Below, piece by piece: positions 39,279 to 42,852 of a stretch of DNA of 42,852 nt. This DNA comes from an uncultured bacterium (GTDB taxonomy: Bacteria > Fidelibacterota > Marinisomatia > Marinisomatales > AB-629-J13). The stretch is from assembly GCA_964606925.1 (NCBI GenBank), contig CAZSIH010000006.1, positions 1-42,852 of the forward strand, read 5' to 3'. How positions within the stretch are numbered: the first letter of the stretch is position 1; every line of letters begins with the position of its first letter. The notes beneath the pieces are model-generated. The model had not been told where the DNA came from, did no database searches, and worked only from the letters and a program-made list of their open reading frames with translations. The translations under genes were made by a program, and so were the position numbers.

Positions 39279-40541
39279 ATGCCGGAAAAAATAAAAATAG
39301 AAAATGGATGTATAAAAACCCCAGATAATCCTGTAATTCCTTTTATTGAAGGAGATGGAATCGGGAAGGATATTTGGAAAACCGCACAAAAAGTTTTTGA
39401 TGCTGCTGTGAATCGTGTTTATGACGGGAATCGAAAAGTAGATTGGAAAGAAATATTCGCCGGTGAAAAAGCATTCAAATTAAAGAATTTATGGCTGCCG
39501 AAAGAGACATTAGATACAATTAGGGAGTACCATATTGCAATCAAAGGTCCTTTGACAACTCCGGTAGGTGGAGGAATTCGTTCTTTGAATGTGGCTTTGC
39601 GCCAGGAATTGGATCTGTATGCATGTGTGAGACCGATTCAATGGTTTCCCGAAGCTCCGTCACCAATTATCCATCCTGATTGGGTGGATATGGTTATTTT
39701 TCGGGAAAATACCGAAGATATTTATGCCGGTATAGAGTGGATGGCAGAGACCGATGAAGTGAAACAGGTCATACAATTTTTAAAAAATGAGATGGGTGTC
39801 ACTCAAATACGGTTTCCTGAATCGTCATCAATTGGTGTAAAGCCTGTATCGAGGGAAGGGACAGAGCGACTTGTTTCTGCCGCAATAAAGTATGCGATAG
39901 ATCATAAACGGAAATCCGTTACATTAGTTCATAAAGGAAATATTATGAAATATACGGAGGGAGCTTTTAAAAATTGGGGATATGCTCTTGCAGAAAGGGA
40001 GTTTGGTGATCACGTATTTACCTGGGTTCAATATGATGAAATTGCGGAAATTGAAGGAAAAGACAAGGCAAATAAAGTTCAATCACAGGCGATAAAGGAT
40101 GGGAAAATAATTATCAAAGATATGATCGCAGATGCATTTTTACAGCAGATTCTAACCCGCCCAATTGAATACGATGTAGTTGCAACATTAAATTTAAACG
40201 GTGATTATTTTTCTGATGCAGGAGCGGCAATGGTGGGAGGGATTGGAATCGCTCCGGGAGCAAATATTAATTATGAAACAGGGCATGCAATTTTTGAAGC
40301 AACCCATGGTACTGCGCCTAAATATGCAGGAATGGATAAGGTAAATCCCTCCTCGGTCATTTTATCCGGCGCATTGATGTTTGATTATTTGGGATGGTCA
40401 GAAGCAGGTGAGGTCATTAAAAAGGGAATAGCAGAGACAATTAAGTCAAAACACGTGACATATGATTTTCATCGTTTGATGGAGGATGCGGTTAAATTAT
40501 CCTGTTCTGAATTTGGAGATAAAATAATCCAAAATATGTAA
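39279..40541 (+). CDS. icd: NADP-dependent isocitrate dehydrogenase
   Basis: [52 protein letters not shown]. Confidence 0.97.
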   Translation: MPEKIKIENGCIKTPDNPVIPFIEGDGIGKDIWKTAQKVFDAAVNRVYDGNRKVDWKEIFAGEKAFKLKNLWLPKETLDTIREYHIAIKGPLTTPVGGGIRSLNVALRQELDLYACVRPIQWFPEAPSPIIHPDWVDMVIFRENTEDIYAGIEWMAETDEVKQVIQFLKNEMGVTQIRFPESSSIGVKPVSREGTERLVSAAIKYAIDHKRKSVTLVHKGNIMKYTEGAFKNWGYALAEREFGDHVFTWVQYDEIAEIEGKDKANKVQSQAIKDGKIIIKDMIADAFLQQILTRPIEYDVVATLNLNGDYFSDAGAAMVGGIGIAPGANINYETGHAIFEATHGTAPKYAGMDKVNPSSVILSGALMFDYLGWSEAGEVIKKGIAETIKSKHVTYDFHRLMEDAVKLSCSEFGDKIIQNM

Positions 40542-40577
40542 CCTGTTTTGGATTGAATTCAGGCGAAAATCTGAATC

Positions 40578-41537
40578 ATGTTTATTGATATCACCACAGT
40601 GGAATTATGGGGAGGAGACGGAGGAAGTGGAGCTGTGTCATTTCGTAGGGAGAAATTTATCCCCAAAGGAGGTCCTGACGGTGGCGATGGTGGTGACGGC
40701 GGGAGTTGTGTTTTTAAAGTGGATTCAAACCTTAGAACTTTAGCTGATATTCGATATTATTCAATTTATAAAGCCGGCAGGGGAGACCCCGGCGGAAAAA
40801 ATAACAGACACGGTAAAAACGGAGAGAATCGTGAGATCATGGTACCACCGGGAACAACCATTAAAAAAGAAAATTCAGATGTAGTTTTATCTGATTTAGT
40901 TGAAAATACCGATAAGTTTATTCCATGCAAGGGCGGAAGAGGAGGAAAAGGTAACAGCCATTTCAAATCATCTCGAAATCAATCACCCAGAAAAGCACAA
41001 CCGGGGAAAAAAGGGGAGAAGGGTGTTTTTCAAATTGAATTAAAATTACTTGCAGATGTAGGACTGGTGGGATTGCCGAACTCGGGAAAATCTACTCTTT
41101 TATCCGTATTGTCCAATGCAAATCCGAAAATCGGTAATTACCCATTTACAACGATCAATCCTAATTTAGGATTGGTAAAATTCAGTGAATATAAATCATT
41201 TGTAATGGCAGATATTCCGGGACTTATCGAAGGCGCAGGAAAAGGAAAAGGGCTGGGGCATCAATTTTTAAAACATATAGAAAGAACCCGGGTTCTGGTT
41301 TTTCTCGTTGATGTTAATGATGAAGATCCAAATGAATCCCTGAATATTCTCATGCAGGAAATCGAAAACTATAATTTAGATATTTTAAAGAAACCAAGAA
41401 TAATCGTTTTGACGAAAAGTGATACTTTAGTGTCCAATAATCAATTGGATTTACCGGATTATCCGAAAATTTCTTCAGTTTCAGGAGATGGGCTGAAATC
41501 ACTGGTTAACTCTTTAACAGTGTATTTAGATGAATAA
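40578..41537 (+). CDS. obgE: GTPase ObgE/CgtA
   Basis: Gly-rich Obg fold (FRREKF.P.GGPDGGDGG), GLPNSGKS, YPFTT, DIPG, TKSD. Confidence 0.97.
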   Translation: MFIDITTVELWGGDGGSGAVSFRREKFIPKGGPDGGDGGDGGSCVFKVDSNLRTLADIRYYSIYKAGRGDPGGKNNRHGKNGENREIMVPPGTTIKKENSDVVLSDLVENTDKFIPCKGGRGGKGNSHFKSSRNQSPRKAQPGKKGEKGVFQIELKLLADVGLVGLPNSGKSTLLSVLSNANPKIGNYPFTTINPNLGLVKFSEYKSFVMADIPGLIEGAGKGKGLGHQFLKHIERTRVLVFLVDVNDEDPNESLNILMQEIENYNLDILKKPRIIVLTKSDTLVSNNQLDLPDYPKISSVSGDGLKSLVNSLTVYLDE

Positions 41538-42627
41538 AACTGAAATAACTGGCTTGATCAATGTTCTAAATGTACCGGGATTGGGAAGCCAGAAAGCAAG
41601 ACAACTTGTAACAAAATTCCCATCACCCAAAGATATTTTTAATGCACCTACAAAAGATTTGTGCAGTGTACCGGGAATTAAGATCAAAACTGCAAATGCA
41701 ATTCATGGATATTCAGATTTTGATTTCGGGAAAAAAGAAGTGGAAAAATCTGAAAATTTTAAAATAACTTTCAGCACATTCTGGGATGATACCTATCCAT
41801 TCCTATTGAAAAAGATTTTTGACCCACCGGCATTACTTTATATCAAAGGAAATCCACTCATTTCAAGAGAAGATTCAGTGGCCGTAGTTGGCACAAGGTC
41901 TCCAACGCCTTACGGTCGTTCCGTTACCAAAAAGTTCACGGAATATTTGGTAAATAAAGGGTTGACGATCATCAGTGGTTTGGCACGGGGGATAGATACA
42001 AACGCTCATAAAACAACCTTAAAACTTGGGGGAAAGACAATCGCAGTCTTGGGATCCGGAATTGATGTTATTTATCCGTCTGAAAATAAAAATGTTGCTG
42101 ATTCCATCATTGAGAGCGGAACCATCATTTCAGAATTTCCATTTGGTAAAAAACCGGAAGCAGGAAATTTTCCGAAACGAAATCGGATTATAAGTGGATT
42201 ATCTCACGGTGTCTTGGTAGTTGAGGCAGGGAATAAAAGCGGAGCTATCTTAACCGCCCTCAATGCGGTAGATCAAAACCGTGATGTCTTCGTGATCCCC
42301 GGAAGAATCTCCGATACAAAAAGCACGGGGTGCAACCGACTGATCAAACACGGTGGAATGTTAGTTGATTCGGGAAATGAAATTTTCACAACCATTCAAC
42401 CAAAGTTATTTAATCCAACGGAATCGAGACAAACAGAGTTAGCAATAAAATTGACGAAACCGGAACGATCATTAATTTCGTTATTATCGTCAGACCCTGT
42501 CCATATTGATGAATTATCTGAAAAAGCAAATATTTCCGTTACACATTTGTTAACACAACTGTTAAATTTGGAATTGAAGGGAGTGGTGCATCAATTAAGC
42601 GGGAAGCAATTTATTTCAGTGATTTAA
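41530..42627 (+). CDS. dprA: DNA-processing protein DprA
   Basis: YP.LLK.I.DPP, AVVGTR, SGLARGID, FP.RNRIISGLS, VVEA..KSG; C-terminal winged helix. Confidence 0.96.
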   Translation: MNKTEITGLINVLNVPGLGSQKARQLVTKFPSPKDIFNAPTKDLCSVPGIKIKTANAIHGYSDFDFGKKEVEKSENFKITFSTFWDDTYPFLLKKIFDPPALLYIKGNPLISREDSVAVVGTRSPTPYGRSVTKKFTEYLVNKGLTIISGLARGIDTNAHKTTLKLGGKTIAVLGSGIDVIYPSENKNVADSIIESGTIISEFPFGKKPEAGNFPKRNRIISGLSHGVLVVEAGNKSGAILTALNAVDQNRDVFVIPGRISDTKSTGCNRLIKHGGMLVDSGNEIFTTIQPKLFNPTESRQTELAIKLTKPERSLISLLSSDPVHIDELSEKANISVTHLLTQLLNLELKGVVHQLSGKQFISVI

Positions 42628-42639
42628 GTACCAACCGCT

Positions 42640-42667
42640 TTGATATGGAAACGGACTTAGGTAATTT
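42640..42667 (+). promoter_or_regulatory. Putative tRNA promoter
   Basis: TTGATA-N16-TAATTT about 30 nt upstream of the tRNA. Confidence 0.35.
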
Positions 42668-42697
42668 CCCAACCTGTTTTCACAGAGTAAATATTTT

Positions 42698-42787
42698 GGA
42701 GAGGTGGCCGAGCTGGCTGAAGGCGCTCGCCTGCTAAGTGAGTAACTGTTTTACGACGGTTCGAGAGTTCGAATCTCTCCCTCTCCG
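42698..42787 (+). tRNA. tRNA-Ser(GCT)
   Basis: Acceptor stem GGAGAGG/CCTCTCC plus discriminator G; anticodon arm CTCGC-CT-GCT-AA-GTGAG; long variable arm; T arm GAGAG-TTCGAAT-CTCTC. CCA is not encoded. Confidence 0.96.
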
Positions 42788-42835
42788 CAACTGTAGCAGA
42801 CCCTGTAGCACATTTTAAGCTAAAAGGAGTCCGCT

Positions 42836-42852
42836 ATGGCGTCTCTCTACAA
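42836..42852 (+). CDS. 5' end of an ORF (MASLY[K/N]...), possibly a tyrosine integrase
   Basis: AAGGAG ribosome-binding site, then ATG GCG TCT CTC TAC AA, 48 nt after the tRNA 3' end; only five full codons are visible. Confidence 0.4.

Noticed and set aside
42698-42787. Long-variable-arm tRNA as tRNA-Sec
   Set aside because: The anticodon is GCT and the acceptor stem is 7 bp, so it is an ordinary tRNA-Ser.

Overview
AT-rich bacterial chromosomal segment with about 38 tightly packed genes, all on the + strand. Gene content points to the FCB superphylum, most likely Candidatus Marinimicrobia or a relative (inference from PorV, a T9SS C-terminal domain, GWxTD, a single-domain GlgA and hrcA-grpE-dnaJ without dnaK). 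Order: hldE-type kinase (partial), beta-propeller, GWxTD protein, RNase HI, mreBCD-mrdA-rodA, cpoB-like, half GlgA, lipoprotein, OM barrel, TPR lipoprotein, glyA, TatT/DctP/DctQM TRAP transporter, porV-family barrel, M6-like T9SS cargo, peptidase-propeller-Omp85 protein, DUF5683-like protein, bamD, nadD, Ca/Na antiporter, ftsEX, hrcA-grpE-dnaJ, comEA, pilin-like protein, PilM/N-like protein, rsmD, coaD, FmdB zinc ribbon, icd, obgE, dprA, tRNA-Ser(GCT), and the probable start of an integrase. The most unusual signals are four. (1) An outer-membrane cluster in which an M6 homologue has lost all zinc ligands and sits between porV and an Omp85 barrel with an intact protease motif. (2) A comEA + uncleavable type IV pilin-like + PilM/N-like module. 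(3) A multi-hairpin intergenic element at 24.3-24.45 kb with mutually exclusive pairings. (4) A probable integrated element starting after the tRNA. All family calls come from motifs read by eye; no searches were run.
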